The notes under the pieces were generated by a model that saw only the letters and a program-made list of their open reading frames with translations, did not search any database and had not been told where the DNA came from. Positions 1 through 9,761 of a stretch of DNA of 64,000 bases are shown piece after piece. Each line of letters opens with the position of its first letter. Positions within the stretch are counted from its first letter, which is position 1. This DNA is from an uncultured Spirochaetota bacterium (GTDB taxonomy: Bacteria; Spirochaetota; Spirochaetia; SZUA-6; Fen-1364). The DNA lies in assembly GCA_963820525.1 (NCBI GenBank), contig CAWGAA010000001.1, positions 2,528,001-2,592,000 of the forward strand, written 5' to 3'. The position numbers were made by a program, and so were the translations under genes.

Positions 1-592
1 TGCAGAAAGGGAGAAGCTCGGCCTCGACTTCCCGCCGGAGCATGCTGTAGGGGGGCTGAAGGGAAGCGACGGGATGGATCTTCCGGATCCTGCGGATCTG
101 CTCGACGGTGAAATTGGAGACGCCGGCATGCCGGATCTTCCCCTCCTTCACGTGCCGGGAGATCTCCGCCCAGCCTTCCTCGATATCGGTGACGGGGTTG
201 GGCCAATGGATCTGATAGAGGTCGATGTAATCCGTGGCGAGCCTCCTGAGGCTCGCCTCCAGCTCCGCCCGTATGCTGTCCGCCTTCAAGCAGTGCCCCG
301 GCACCGAGTCTCCCGGATTCCACACGCGGCCGCACTTGGTAGCGATGATCACCTTATCCCGCCGTCCGGTAACGGCCTTTCCCACCACTTCTTCGGAATG
401 CCCGTAGCCATAGACCGCCGCGGTGTCGATCCAGTTGATCCCGATCTCCAGGGCGCGATGGATCGTGGAGATGGAGCTCGCGTCGTCCTGGGGACCCCAG
501 GCGAACGCCCATCCGGCGCCTCCCATGGCCCATGTGCCAAGGCCGATTCGCGAGAGTTCGAGGTCCGTATGTCCGAGCTTCCTTCGCCTCAT
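1..592 (-). CDS. Aldo/keto reductase (runs off the left edge; not in the ORF track)
   Basis: Manual translation from ATG at 592: MRRRKLGHTDLELSRIGLGTWAMGG...GINWIDTAAVYGYGHSEEVVGKA, the AKR N-terminal signature with the DTAxxY motif; GAGGG SD upstream. Confidence 0.92.
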   Translation of the reverse strand, partial: MRRRKLGHTDLELSRIGLGTWAMGGAGWAFAWGPQDDASSISTIHRALEIGINWIDTAAVYGYGHSEEVVGKAVTGRRDKVIIATKCGRVWNPGDSVPGHCLKADSIRAELEASLRRLATDYIDLYQIHWPNPVTDIEEGWAEISRHVKEGKIRHAGVSNFTVEQIRRIRKIHPVASLQPPYSMLRREVEAELLPFC

Positions 593-636
593 GCGGATGC
601 CCTCTTCAAAAATATGCGGATTTCCCGCGCAACCGG

Positions 637-1623
637 CTACCGGAAGCGAAGGCGGCCTCCCGTATCCGCCGCCTCCCGGCTTTTCAGCGCGAGCTCGCAC
701 ACGTCAAACGCCTGCCCCGCGGTGATCGAAAGCTTCCGCTCGCCGCCGATCGAACGGATGAACTCCTCGAATAGCGAGTGGGACGCCCCCAGGGGAAGCT
801 TCCGCGTCGGGGAATCCTCGGTGGTGATCGTCGCTTCCCCCTGGGCGATCTCCACGATCCCCTTCTCTCCCGCGACGCGAAGCCTGTCTTCGCCATGGGT
901 CGACGCCGCGGCCGGCCTGAAATAGTCGAAGCTCACCGCCGCGACCCCGGAGTTGGAAAGGCTGTAGAAGCAGATCCCGCAGCTCTCAAGCTCTCCATGC
1001 CCACGGTTTCCCCGGGCGGTCTGGCAGGCAGTCACATGCGTGATAGCTCCGCCGGTGAACCAGTAGACCCAATCGATGGCATGGATCGCCACCCATGGGA
1101 TGCTTCCCCCATAGGAAGCTCGGCGCGTATACATGGGGTGGCGCGTCCCCAGCTTGTACGACTTGTGGGCGGTGATCAGAAGCGGCTCGCCGAGCAGCCC
1201 CTGCCCCACGGCCTGGCGGGCCGCCATGAACTCGGGGTGATACCGGTAGGGGAACATGGGGCAGAGCGCGACGCCGCTCGCCTCATGGACAGACCGCATG
1301 CGATCCAGCTGCTCGAAGGAAACCGCCATGGGTTTTTCAACGAACACGGCGATTCCCCGCCTCATGCAGTCGCAGGCCACGGGAGCCTGGAGAGAGAAGA
1401 ACGGGGCCACGACCGCCACATCCGGCTTCTCGCGGTCGAGCATCTCTGTGTAGTTGTCGTAATAGGGGATCAGGGAGGGCTCCATCAGCTCGATGAAGAA
1501 CTCCCGGGCATCTTCGTCGGGAGAGCCGGGAGCGATTCCCACGAAGGAGAGATCCGGTAGCCTGTCGCGCACGGAAAGGGCGAGGTCGATGTGGCCGCTG
1601 GTGCCGATGATCACCGCCTTCAC
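637..1623 (-). CDS. Gfo/Idh/MocA family oxidoreductase
   Basis: VFVEKPMA motif, N-terminal Rossmann fold, 'AIHAIDW' motif; GTG start at 1623 with GGAGG SD. Confidence 0.88.
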   Translation of the reverse strand: MKAVIIGTSGHIDLALSVRDRLPDLSFVGIAPGSPDEDAREFFIELMEPSLIPYYDNYTEMLDREKPDVAVVAPFFSLQAPVACDCMRRGIAVFVEKPMAVSFEQLDRMRSVHEASGVALCPMFPYRYHPEFMAARQAVGQGLLGEPLLITAHKSYKLGTRHPMYTRRASYGGSIPWVAIHAIDWVYWFTGGAITHVTACQTARGNRGHGELESCGICFYSLSNSGVAAVSFDYFRPAAASTHGEDRLRVAGEKGIVEIAQGEATITTEDSPTRKLPLGASHSLFEEFIRSIGGERKLSITAGQAFDVCELALKSREAADTGGRLRFR

Positions 1624-1757
1624 GGTCGCCTCCCTGTTCATCGGAGAATACCATAAAACGGCTGTGTCTCACAGGCTGAAGCGCTCGCGCTTCGTGTTGC
1701 CCTTTCACCCTCGGCTCAGGTACTGTAAGAGAAGGGAACGGGCCAGGAGGAAAGTGA

Positions 1758-2942
1758 ATGAAAAAGGGAGCTCTGGGAGCCCAGGCGGCATTGTTTTTCG
1801 TGATCCTTTTCGGCTGCGTGAGCCTGTTCTCCGACATGACCTATGAGGGAGCCCGCAGCATCACGGGGCCGTTCCTCAAGGTCTTGGGAGCCAGCGCAAC
1901 GGTTGTCGGCATCGTGGCAGGGCTGGGAGAGCTCATCGGCCATATCTTCCGCCTTGTCTCCGGCTTCATCGCGGACCGGACCAAGCGCTATTGGACCCTC
2001 ACCATCCTCGGTTACGCGGTGAACCTCGTGGCCGTTCCACTTATCGCGCTCTCGGGAAACTGGATCGTCGCCTCCCTGCTCATCGTCATGGAACGGTTCG
2101 GCAAGGCGGTCAGGAAGCCGTCGGGTGACGCAATGCTGTCCTTCGCGCGGGAGAAGGTGGGAAGCGGCTGGACCTATGGGCTGCACGAGGCAATGGATCA
2201 AATCGGAGCCGTGGCCGGGCCCGTCATCGTGGCCGGCGTGCTCTTCCTGCGCTCCGACAACTATCGGCTCGGCTTCGCCGTGCTTGCCGTTCCCGCCCTC
2301 ATAGCGATCGCCATCGTGCTGATCACGCGTTTCCTCTACCCCAACCCTTCCAATCTCGAGGTGAAGAAGCTCGCCCTCGAATCCCGCGGCTTCCAGGGGC
2401 GCTACTGGCTGTACCTCCTGGCCGTCGGCTTTGTCGCCCTCGGGTTCGCAGACTGGGCTTTAGTGGCGTATCACTTTCAGGCCAAGGGGCTCTTCTCCGA
2501 GACCACCATCCCTCTGCTCTATGCCCTGGCAATGGCCGTCGACGCTCTGGCCGCCCTGTTCTTCGGCTGGTTCTATGACCGCGCGGGTCCCGGGAGCCTT
2601 GTCATCGCGGCCCTCATCTCATCCGCTTTCGCTCCCTTCGCTTTCCTGGGGGGGCCCACCGGGGTGATCGTGGGGGTGGTTCTCTGGGGAATCGGGATGG
2701 GATGGCAGGAGTCGATCATGCGCTCCGTTGTCGCCGATCTCACTCCCAAGGAAAGACGCGCATCCGCATTCGGCGTGTTCAACACGGGATATGGGATCTT
2801 CTGGTTTGCCGGAAGCGCCCTCATCGGGATTCTCTACGGCGCTTCGATCCTCGCCGTGGTCATCTTCTCCGTGGCCGCACAGCTTGTTTCGCTTCCCCTG
2901 TTTGTCGCCATCACGCTGAAGAAGGGGAGGGCGGGCGCCTAG
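1758..2942 (+). CDS. MFS transporter
   Basis: About 12 hydrophobic segments, motif A 'GFIADRTKR' and 'GWFYDRAG'; AGGAGG SD. Confidence 0.9.
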   Translation: MKKGALGAQAALFFVILFGCVSLFSDMTYEGARSITGPFLKVLGASATVVGIVAGLGELIGHIFRLVSGFIADRTKRYWTLTILGYAVNLVAVPLIALSGNWIVASLLIVMERFGKAVRKPSGDAMLSFAREKVGSGWTYGLHEAMDQIGAVAGPVIVAGVLFLRSDNYRLGFAVLAVPALIAIAIVLITRFLYPNPSNLEVKKLALESRGFQGRYWLYLLAVGFVALGFADWALVAYHFQAKGLFSETTIPLLYALAMAVDALAALFFGWFYDRAGPGSLVIAALISSAFAPFAFLGGPTGVIVGVVLWGIGMGWQESIMRSVVADLTPKERRASAFGVFNTGYGIFWFAGSALIGILYGASILAVVIFSVAAQLVSLPLFVAITLKKGRAGA

Positions 2943-2943
2943 C

Positions 2944-3390
2944 TTATCGATTGAGCTCTCCGGCAGTCGCCGTCGCTCCCCGGGCGCGCCCTCCGAGGGC
3001 ATAAGCCGTATACCCTCCGAACGCTCCATTCAGCGCCAGCCACGGCAGGGTAAAAAACCATTCCTTGTCAAAGAAGTGAAGGTGCCCCACCGCGACAGCC
3101 GAGTTGAGATAGAGGTACTTCAAGCCGACGAGCATGGTGATGAAGGCGACGATCTGAACAACCGCTCCGGTCGTCGCCATGCGCGCCCCCTCGCGGAGCC
3201 TTCGGGCCGCCAGGCATGCAAGGTCGGCGAAGAGGCCGATCAGGAGGCCCGAAGCCGAGAAAGCGAAAACAGCCCACAGCCCCACGAGAGATCTCTGCTG
3301 GAGCCAGTCGTAGTAGTACAGGGGGATGAAGCCGAGCGCGAAGTAGGGGATGAAAGCCCCGGTAATCGCGCCGAAGCGCTTCACCTTCAC
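2944..3390 (-). CDS. Small multi-TM membrane protein, probably 5'-truncated remnant
   Basis: About 4 hydrophobic segments; GTG start without SD, in-frame TAG three codons upstream of it, and overlap with the ABC fragment on the opposite strand. Confidence 0.5.
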   Translation of the reverse strand: MKVKRFGAITGAFIPYFALGFIPLYYYDWLQQRSLVGLWAVFAFSASGLLIGLFADLACLAARRLREGARMATTGAVVQIVAFITMLVGLKYLYLNSAVAVGHLHFFDKEWFFTLPWLALNGAFGGYTAYALGGRARGATATAGELNR

Positions 3391-3403
3391 GGCCGGCTAC
3401 GGC

Positions 3404-3904
3404 GTGGAGCTGAAGGACATCTTCATTGCCAGGAAGACCTCCTCGCGGATCTCACTCGACGATATCGGCTTTTTGTACCGGGGCGGGCAAAAGCTTCTGC
3501 AGAGAGTTCGCCTCTCTGTCTCTCCCCGGGAGATCGCCGTCATCACGGGGGATTCCGGAGTGGGAAAGACGACCCTCCTGAAGCTGATCGGCTCGCTTCT
3601 CAAGCCCACCGAGGGGCTGGTCGGCTGCCCTCAGGGGATCGGGTTCGTGTTCCAGGACGACCGTCTCCTTCCCTGGCGAAACGTGTCGGCCAGCGCAGCG
3701 CTGCCCCTCATCTACCAGGGCTTCAGCGGGCTTCACCGCGAGGCGCGCCGCATGCTCTGGGACAAGCTGCTCCGCCTTCTCGCCCTGCATCCGGTTCCCG
3801 TGGTCGTGGTGACCCATTTTCCCGAGGAAATCTCTTCGACGAAAGCCTGCCGGCTGTATGAGCTTCGAGGCGGGCCGGCCACCCTCGCGCGCATCGCTTT
3901 GTAG
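3404..3904 (+). pseudogene. Internally deleted ABC ATPase (nitrate/sulfonate-type), start uncertain
   Basis: Walker A GDSGVGKTT, Q-loop FVFQDDRLLPW and H-loop VVVTH are present, but LSGG signature and Walker B are absent (YQGFS joins directly to GLHREARR). Confidence 0.75.
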
Positions 3905-3966
3905 GCGGGGCGGGCGAAGCGAAGCCTCCTCCCGCCGGCGCTTGGAGAGGCGGGCCCCCGTCGTCA

Positions 3967-3996
3967 TTGCGAAGAATCGACCTGTTGCTGTAGAAT
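3967..3996 (+). promoter_or_regulatory. sigma70-like promoter, probably leaderless
   Basis: TTGCGA-18-TAGAAT followed 7 nt later by ATG 4004; no SD. Confidence 0.6.
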
Positions 3997-4003
3997 CACT
4001 GTC

Positions 4004-4492
4004 ATGAGCCGAGCAATCGAAAGCCGGGAGAACTCCTTTATCCAGGTCCTCCTCAAGCTGATCCCCAGCGAGGTCATCGCCGTCTTCATCTTCATCCAGG
4101 GGGTCATGCCCTACAGGCTTCTGCCTCACCTGATCGTTGCCCTGCTCCTCCTCGCCATCACTCCCGTGTACCTCTCCCGGGTCATGGGGGTTCGCTCCCG
4201 AGCGCAGCTCATCGTCTCCACGCTTTCCCTCGCCGTCTGGATCTACGCCATGAGGGGAGGACCCATCCAGTTCATCAAGCCGCCGTTCTACGAGCCCTGG
4301 TACGGCGCCGTGGCCCTTGCGGTCTGGACTCTCATTCCCCCCTTGTTTCTGGCAAACCCGGCCAGGGAAAAGACCGGAAGCGCCAGGATCCAAGCCGCTG
4401 CCGGAGGCGGCGCCAAAACCCCCACCTCATCCCGGGCCTCAGGCCGCTCCACGGCCGCCGCGCGAGGCACGAGGAAATCCACCCGTCACTAG
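4004..4492 (+). CDS. Hypothetical 4-TM membrane protein with basic low-complexity tail
   Basis: LLKLIPSEVIA N-terminus, four hydrophobic helices, promoter directly upstream. Confidence 0.75.
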   Translation: MSRAIESRENSFIQVLLKLIPSEVIAVFIFIQGVMPYRLLPHLIVALLLLAITPVYLSRVMGVRSRAQLIVSTLSLAVWIYAMRGGPIQFIKPPFYEPWYGAVALAVWTLIPPLFLANPAREKTGSARIQAAAGGGAKTPTSSRASGRSTAAARGTRKSTRH

Positions 4493-4554
4493 CGCCCCCG
4501 CCGCGTTGGACCGCCGCCTTGCCTTCGGGTGTATATTAGGCGGGGAGGTACCCT

Positions 4555-5289
4555 ATGTCGAAAACGTCGTCCGCTTTTCTCGTCGCAATGGCCGCCCACG
4601 CGGCGTTCGCCCCCCAGGGCTACGAGGAGGACATTTTCAATGCGGGAGACTCGACGACCCTGAAGATCACTTTCTTCGGGCACGCCACCCTGATGATCAC
4701 TCACGGAAAGACGGTGATCCACGTCGACCCCGTCGAGGAGTTTGCCAACTACGCAAAGCTGCCCAAGGCCGATCTCGTCCTGGTGACCCACGCCCACTCC
4801 GATCACTTCAGCCCGAGCGCGATCTCCGCCATACGCACGGCGGCCACCGAGATCGTCCTTACGGAGGCCTGCTCATCGAAGGTCCAGGGCGGAACAGTCC
4901 TTTCAAACGGCAATGCAAAGATCGTGAAGGGGATCCGCGTCGAGGCGATCCCCGCGTACAACATCGTGCACATGCGCTCGGCCGGGGCGCCGTTCCACCC
5001 GCGGGGAGAAGGAAACGGCTACCTGCTTTCCCTGGGAAAGATGCGGGTATACATCGCGGGAGACACGGAGAACACTCCGGAAATGAAGGCCGTGAAGGAT
5101 ATCGACATCGCCTTTCTCCCCATGAATCTGCCCTACACCATGACGCCCGAGATGGTGGCGGACGCCGCGCTCGCGATGCGGCCCAAGGTGCTCTACCCCT
5201 ATCACTTCGGGAGCACGGAGGTCTCGAGGCTTACCGCCCTCTTGGCGGGAGCCAAGGACATCGACGTGAGAGTGAGGAAAATGCAGTAG
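4555..5289 (+). CDS. MBL-fold metallo-hydrolase (UPF0173/UlaG-like)
   Basis: FFGHA, THAHSDH metal motif, YIAGDT, PYH; GGGGAGG SD. Confidence 0.9.
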   Translation: MSKTSSAFLVAMAAHAAFAPQGYEEDIFNAGDSTTLKITFFGHATLMITHGKTVIHVDPVEEFANYAKLPKADLVLVTHAHSDHFSPSAISAIRTAATEIVLTEACSSKVQGGTVLSNGNAKIVKGIRVEAIPAYNIVHMRSAGAPFHPRGEGNGYLLSLGKMRVYIAGDTENTPEMKAVKDIDIAFLPMNLPYTMTPEMVADAALAMRPKVLYPYHFGSTEVSRLTALLAGAKDIDVRVRKMQ

Positions 5290-5340
5290 GGGTCCCGTCC
5301 CCGGCCGCTGATGGCCTTCCCGGGCAATCGCCGCGACCCG

Positions 5341-7272
5341 CTAGAGGGCCCTTTTCGAGGGTTCAAGACACGTGATCATGTACAGCTCGATGTAGCGAAG
5401 CAGCGGCTCTTTCTTCTTGATCTTTTCCAGGCTGCGGGAGCCCGACAGCTGCTCGGCAAGCGCATGGATCCGGGCCATATCGGGAGGGTTGACCAGAAAG
5501 GTGCGCTTCACCGGCCTTAAAAAGTCCCGTACGAGGGCGTTCACGTCCTCAACCAGCTCGCGCTTGGGCCCCTCCGCGAAAAGAGGATTCCATTTCTCGG
5601 CCAGCTCATCCAGGGTCTTCTCCGCGCTCTTTCCCAAAGGAACGAAGCGGTCGCGCAGAAGCTGCAGGGCCCTGCGGTAGCGCGCCTGGAGGTCGCGATC
5701 CGCAGCTGCGGTGCGCGCCGCCTGGGAGCGCGCTGCGGGAGCCTTGTCCTCCCAGGATTGCCGGGGGGCGGGCTGCGAGCGGCGTACGGGAGTCCCTGCA
5801 CTCTGCTCCCTGGCCGCTCCATGAGTTCCTGAAAAAAGCCGGCGGAAGAGGGCGACGATCTGGCTGAGAACCGGCATGGTTTCCCAGATCGGCAGATAGG
5901 AGCGGGCTTCGGAGTAGAGAATCTGACGGAAGAGGCCCATGAGCTCGGCGAGCGGCCTCAGGCTGTTGTCGTGCTCGAAGCAGCGGCGGATCTCCTCGCG
6001 CGCCTCCGGGGTGAGGTTCGCCTCGCTCTTGGCCAGGTAGAGCAGGGGGGCATTGGCGAGCACCGCAAGAAGGGGAAAGCCCTGCCGTACCTTCGCATCC
6101 ACATCATTTTCAAAGGCCGAGTCGTTCTTCATCACCGGCTGGCTCATGTGACGCCGGAGAGCCGCCACCCAGTCCGTGATGTATTGATCGCGAAGCTCTT
6201 CAGCCGCCTCCGACAGCTTCTTGAGGAACACGGGCACCAGGATATCCTTTTGAATGAAATAGTCCTTGCCGCGGGCGCTGTCGTGGAGCCGGATGATGAA
6301 GGGGAGGCTCTCGTCGCCCGTTCTGCGCGTCTTCTCTTGTAGAAAGGAATGGATGAACTCATGGGTGTGCTTGGTGACGAACGGCACTCCCTTGTCATCG
6401 GCCAGGGCGTACAACCCCTCGAAGGTGAAGATGTACGGCGGCTTTCGAACGAGGATCTCCAGGCTCTTCCTGTCCGCCGACCTCTCCTGCTCCTTCTGCG
6501 CCTGACTCTTGCGGAAGAACGCGTAGTAGCCGACGATGTACGCGGACTGGCAGACACCCTGGTCCTGGCTCGTCTTTTCCTTTTTCTTCCTGAAGTCCTG
6601 GAGCACGAGGTTCACCAGATAGGTCCAGAATCTGAAACCGAAATCCGATGGGGAGAACACGCTCTGTGCCGCCTTCTTGGGGCGCGTTGCCGCATCCTCG
6701 ACCATCTGCCTGACGATCACGTCGTTTCCCCGGAAGATGGACATCAGCTTGCTCTCCACGAATCCGGCGTTCTTCGGATCGCTTAAGTACGCGGCGAGCT
6801 TCGTCACGGCAGCCTCGATGAGGTCCCCGCCGGCCGAGCGGCGCGGGACAATGAGGATGTCTATCCCTTCGGGAAAGACGAGCTTGGCCACGACGTGCTC
6901 CGAGTCTCCCGGCTCAGCCAGAAGCGAGGCGAAATCGGTCTTGATATCCACCGTGAAGATGCGCGAGGGAGGAATCGGCGCGGCGAAAGTCCCCTCCTGG
7001 GGGAAGGGCTTGGAAGGCTCCACCGTGAGTACTCGAAACTCTTCCTCGAGGAGAATGAGGAAGTAGTCGGAGAAGGTCGCGGTCTGCGGCATGCCGGAGT
7101 CGGGAGCAAGCACGCATTTGCCCGCGCTCTCCAGCTCCCGCAGAGCTGTTTCGATCTCCGCGTCGCTCGCCTTGGGCCGCGTGGAAGCGATGAACTTCCG
7201 CAGATCGATTGCCGCGGACCTGCTTTTCACGGAGAAGGCGTAAAGTGCCTGGAGGAGCTCCTGCGCAACCAT
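5341..7272 (-). CDS. Large helical hypothetical protein
   Basis: 643-codon ORF with normal composition; likely ATG at 7272 (MVAQELL) preceded by TACACT -10 element. Confidence 0.8.
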   Translation of the reverse strand: MVAQELLQALYAFSVKSRSAAIDLRKFIASTRPKASDAEIETALRELESAGKCVLAPDSGMPQTATFSDYFLILLEEEFRVLTVEPSKPFPQEGTFAAPIPPSRIFTVDIKTDFASLLAEPGDSEHVVAKLVFPEGIDILIVPRRSAGGDLIEAAVTKLAAYLSDPKNAGFVESKLMSIFRGNDVIVRQMVEDAATRPKKAAQSVFSPSDFGFRFWTYLVNLVLQDFRKKKEKTSQDQGVCQSAYIVGYYAFFRKSQAQKEQERSADRKSLEILVRKPPYIFTFEGLYALADDKGVPFVTKHTHEFIHSFLQEKTRRTGDESLPFIIRLHDSARGKDYFIQKDILVPVFLKKLSEAAEELRDQYITDWVAALRRHMSQPVMKNDSAFENDVDAKVRQGFPLLAVLANAPLLYLAKSEANLTPEAREEIRRCFEHDNSLRPLAELMGLFRQILYSEARSYLPIWETMPVLSQIVALFRRLFSGTHGAAREQSAGTPVRRSQPAPRQSWEDKAPAARSQAARTAAADRDLQARYRRALQLLRDRFVPLGKSAEKTLDELAEKWNPLFAEGPKRELVEDVNALVRDFLRPVKRTFLVNPPDMARIHALAEQLSGSRSLEKIKKKEPLLRYIELYMITCLEPSKRAL

Positions 7273-7461
7273 GGCGTCGGCAAAAGTGTAATGGATAGGG
7301 GCCGGCGGCGCAAGGCGGCTCTCGCCGTGCGGCGGCACGGCCGACGCCGCCCCATGGCCGTGTGGGCGCCGCTCTGCCGACATCTTGCGGACCGAGGGGG
7401 CCGGCGGGAACCCGGCGGACCAGAGGCCGCCCGGCTCGGGTCATGCCGCGAAACCGGATTC

Positions 7462-7490
7462 TCGAAAAGCACGAATAAAAGCACTATAAT
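7462..7490 (+). promoter_or_regulatory. sigma70-like promoter, probably leaderless
   Basis: TCGAAA-17-TATAAT (perfect -10), GTG start 7 nt downstream, no SD. Confidence 0.6.
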
Positions 7491-7497
7491 CGAAGAA

Positions 7498-8739
7498 GTG
7501 GCCGACCTGAGACCCCTCCGGCGAACGACGTTCTTGAGTTGCGCCCTCCTTCTCGCTGCTGCCCTGCTATGGTGCGATGCTGAACCGCCCGCGGGCAAGA
7601 GCGCCTGCGTATTTCCCTTTGCGGACCTTTCTCCCGCGGCGGGCGATGCTGAACGCAGGAACGCGCTCTCCGATGCCTTGAGCACGGAGCTTCAGACCGC
7701 AGGGATCACCCTCCTGCCTCAGGAGAAATGGCAGGGGATCGCAGAAAAGCTGTCCATCACACCGATCGATCTCCTGGAGGGGCCGGCGGCGGCGCGTCTC
7801 GCTGCCGAGGCTGGAGCTGAGCTTGCTGTCAGCGGCTTCTTCTCCATGGAGAAGGAACGCATCCTGATCTGCGTGTCCTTCTACGACGCGAAGGCGAACG
7901 ACCTTGTCGCCGGGTTCATCGGCTCGTGGCGCTTCGATCTGGGGCTCTACAATTCCCTGCACTCTGAAGTCGCCGCCCTGCTTCCCAAGATACGGCTTTC
8001 CGACGCGACGCCTCCGGCAGCGGAAGGGGAAGCCGCCCCCGGGCTCCCCCTCTCGCGGATCGCCTTCACGTCCATGCAGGACGGAATCGAGGTTGTGCTG
8101 GCGGGAGACAAGAGCGCGGGCGTCACGGAAGGCGGCGAGCTCGTTGTTCCCATGGAGGGCATGAAGGCGGGGACCCCTCTGTTCATTCTCAAGCGCAAGG
8201 ATGGGTTCCACGCCTCGTGGCAGGCCGTCCGCGCGGCACCGCAGGTGACCCTCTCCCCGCTTGCGAAGAAGACCACCCTCGCCGCCGAGGCGATTTGGAC
8301 CTACGGCCAAATTCTCGGGGTTGGCGGCGCGTTCCGCTACTACCCGATTCCCGACTGGCTCTTCATCGCCGCCTCCGCCTACCCCTCGGTGCAGAGCCCC
8401 TTTACCCCGGGCTCCGTCCTGGTCCTTCACTCGGACATCGGTATCCAGGCAGGGCTCTATCTCATCTTCGCCCCGGAATCCCCCTTCCGGCTCGGCTTCT
8501 CAACCGGGGCGGGAGCGATTTTCACGAATGTGCTCACGCCGGCAATTCCCGCTTCCACGGACTTCTACCTGAATCCCCTCAATCTCTGGGTGGAATGGAA
8601 CCTGCCCGGCGTTTCATTCTTCCTGCGCGAGGAGATCAAATACGCCCTGGGAGGCTCCGACAGCCTGCTCGGCATGGGAATCATCAGCATCAGGTCCATT
8701 CCCCCGATAACACTCGGAGCGTTGTTCAAATGGCAGTGA
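7498..8739 (+). CDS. Exported protein: N-terminal TolB-N/CsgG-like alpha/beta domain, beta-sandwich linker, probable C-terminal outer-membrane beta-barrel (module A)
   Basis: Signal peptide; 'ACVFPFADLS...AAEAGAELAVSG' pattern; alternating hydrophobic beta-strands ending ITLGALFKWQ. Confidence 0.6.
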   Translation: MADLRPLRRTTFLSCALLLAAALLWCDAEPPAGKSACVFPFADLSPAAGDAERRNALSDALSTELQTAGITLLPQEKWQGIAEKLSITPIDLLEGPAAARLAAEAGAELAVSGFFSMEKERILICVSFYDAKANDLVAGFIGSWRFDLGLYNSLHSEVAALLPKIRLSDATPPAAEGEAAPGLPLSRIAFTSMQDGIEVVLAGDKSAGVTEGGELVVPMEGMKAGTPLFILKRKDGFHASWQAVRAAPQVTLSPLAKKTTLAAEAIWTYGQILGVGGAFRYYPIPDWLFIAASAYPSVQSPFTPGSVLVLHSDIGIQAGLYLIFAPESPFRLGFSTGAGAIFTNVLTPAIPASTDFYLNPLNLWVEWNLPGVSFFLREEIKYALGGSDSLLGMGIISIRSIPPITLGALFKWQ

Positions 8740-9761
8740 AAGGGGCCCTCCGCGCCGCGGTCTTCTCCGCCATCCTCTCCCTGGTCTCCTGCGGCTTTTT
8801 CGACGTTCTCCTCGCCTCCCCCTTCCCGGCGGCTCTCGCGTTCACGGTCGCCCGCAGGGACCTCTCGGGATACGTGCAGGCGGATCTGGCGGATTCGTAC
8901 ATCCCCAGCATCGTGGAGGCGAACGGCATCGACTACGTCCTGCTCGCCTCTCCATCTCCCGGAGGCGGGCCATGCATCATCGTCATGGATTCGGGCCTGA
9001 ACGTCGTGCAGACCCTCACGTCGGCGGACTTGGGCGGCATGATGCTGAGCGGCCCCCATGCCATGGCAGACGCCGGGAATCCGCAGCAGATAGTGGTGGG
9101 AAACAGCCTCTTCCTTCCAACCCCTGACGGGAAGCTCTCGTATCAGGGAAACATCGGCAGTACGCTCAGCGGTTCCTGGGGATTCGGATTTGCAATGCTC
9201 GACCCGGCGGATGTTTCCAACTGCCGAAACGTTACACACGTATCGGGGGATGGCAATACCCTCTCCTATGCTCTGTGGGGGTGTACCTGGGGCAGCACGC
9301 CCCAGCAATTCACGGCCCAGATCAGCCAGGATACAAACGCAATATTCTACCTTCACGCCGTATTCTCCGATCCGTCACAGAAGCGCGCTTTCATCGTGCT
9401 GTACGAGGCGAACAGCTCAAACGATCATTATCTTTCGATTCCCTGGGGCGATTTCACGGCCGGGCTTGCCAGCCCCCTCCTGAGCACCTACTCGGCCAGC
9501 CGCTTCATCAAGACGGTAATGCAGGACGATCTTTTGGGATTCTCCCAGGGCGGCTTCATCGGATTCGTGAGCACCTCAGGCGATCAGAGGTATGGCGACT
9601 TCATCAGGTTCGACGAGACGGGAACCGAGCTCCCCTCCCGGCTGCACTACGACAGGCTCCCCGAGATCAAAGCCGGCTACCGGGTCACGGGGGGCTACTA
9701 TGTCATCTTCGATCAGGAGTCGCGCATAATGTCGAAGATCAACTCGTGGTGGGCACAATGA
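8730..9761 (+). CDS. Putative lipoprotein, beta-rich (module B)
   Basis: MAVKGALRAAVFSAILSLVS-C lipobox; overlaps end of the upstream gene; Ser/Gly/Thr and aromatic-rich. Confidence 0.7.
   Translation: MAVKGALRAAVFSAILSLVSCGFFDVLLASPFPAALAFTVARRDLSGYVQADLADSYIPSIVEANGIDYVLLASPSPGGGPCIIVMDSGLNVVQTLTSADLGGMMLSGPHAMADAGNPQQIVVGNSLFLPTPDGKLSYQGNIGSTLSGSWGFGFAMLDPADVSNCRNVTHVSGDGNTLSYALWGCTWGSTPQQFTAQISQDTNAIFYLHAVFSDPSQKRAFIVLYEANSSNDHYLSIPWGDFTAGLASPLLSTYSASRFIKTVMQDDLLGFSQGGFIGFVSTSGDQRYGDFIRFDETGTELPSRLHYDRLPEIKAGYRVTGGYYVIFDQESRIMSKINSWWAQ

Noticed and set aside
74..925. 283-aa plus-strand ORF
   Set aside because: Antisense shadow of the minus-strand aldo/keto reductase and the end of the Gfo/Idh/MocA gene
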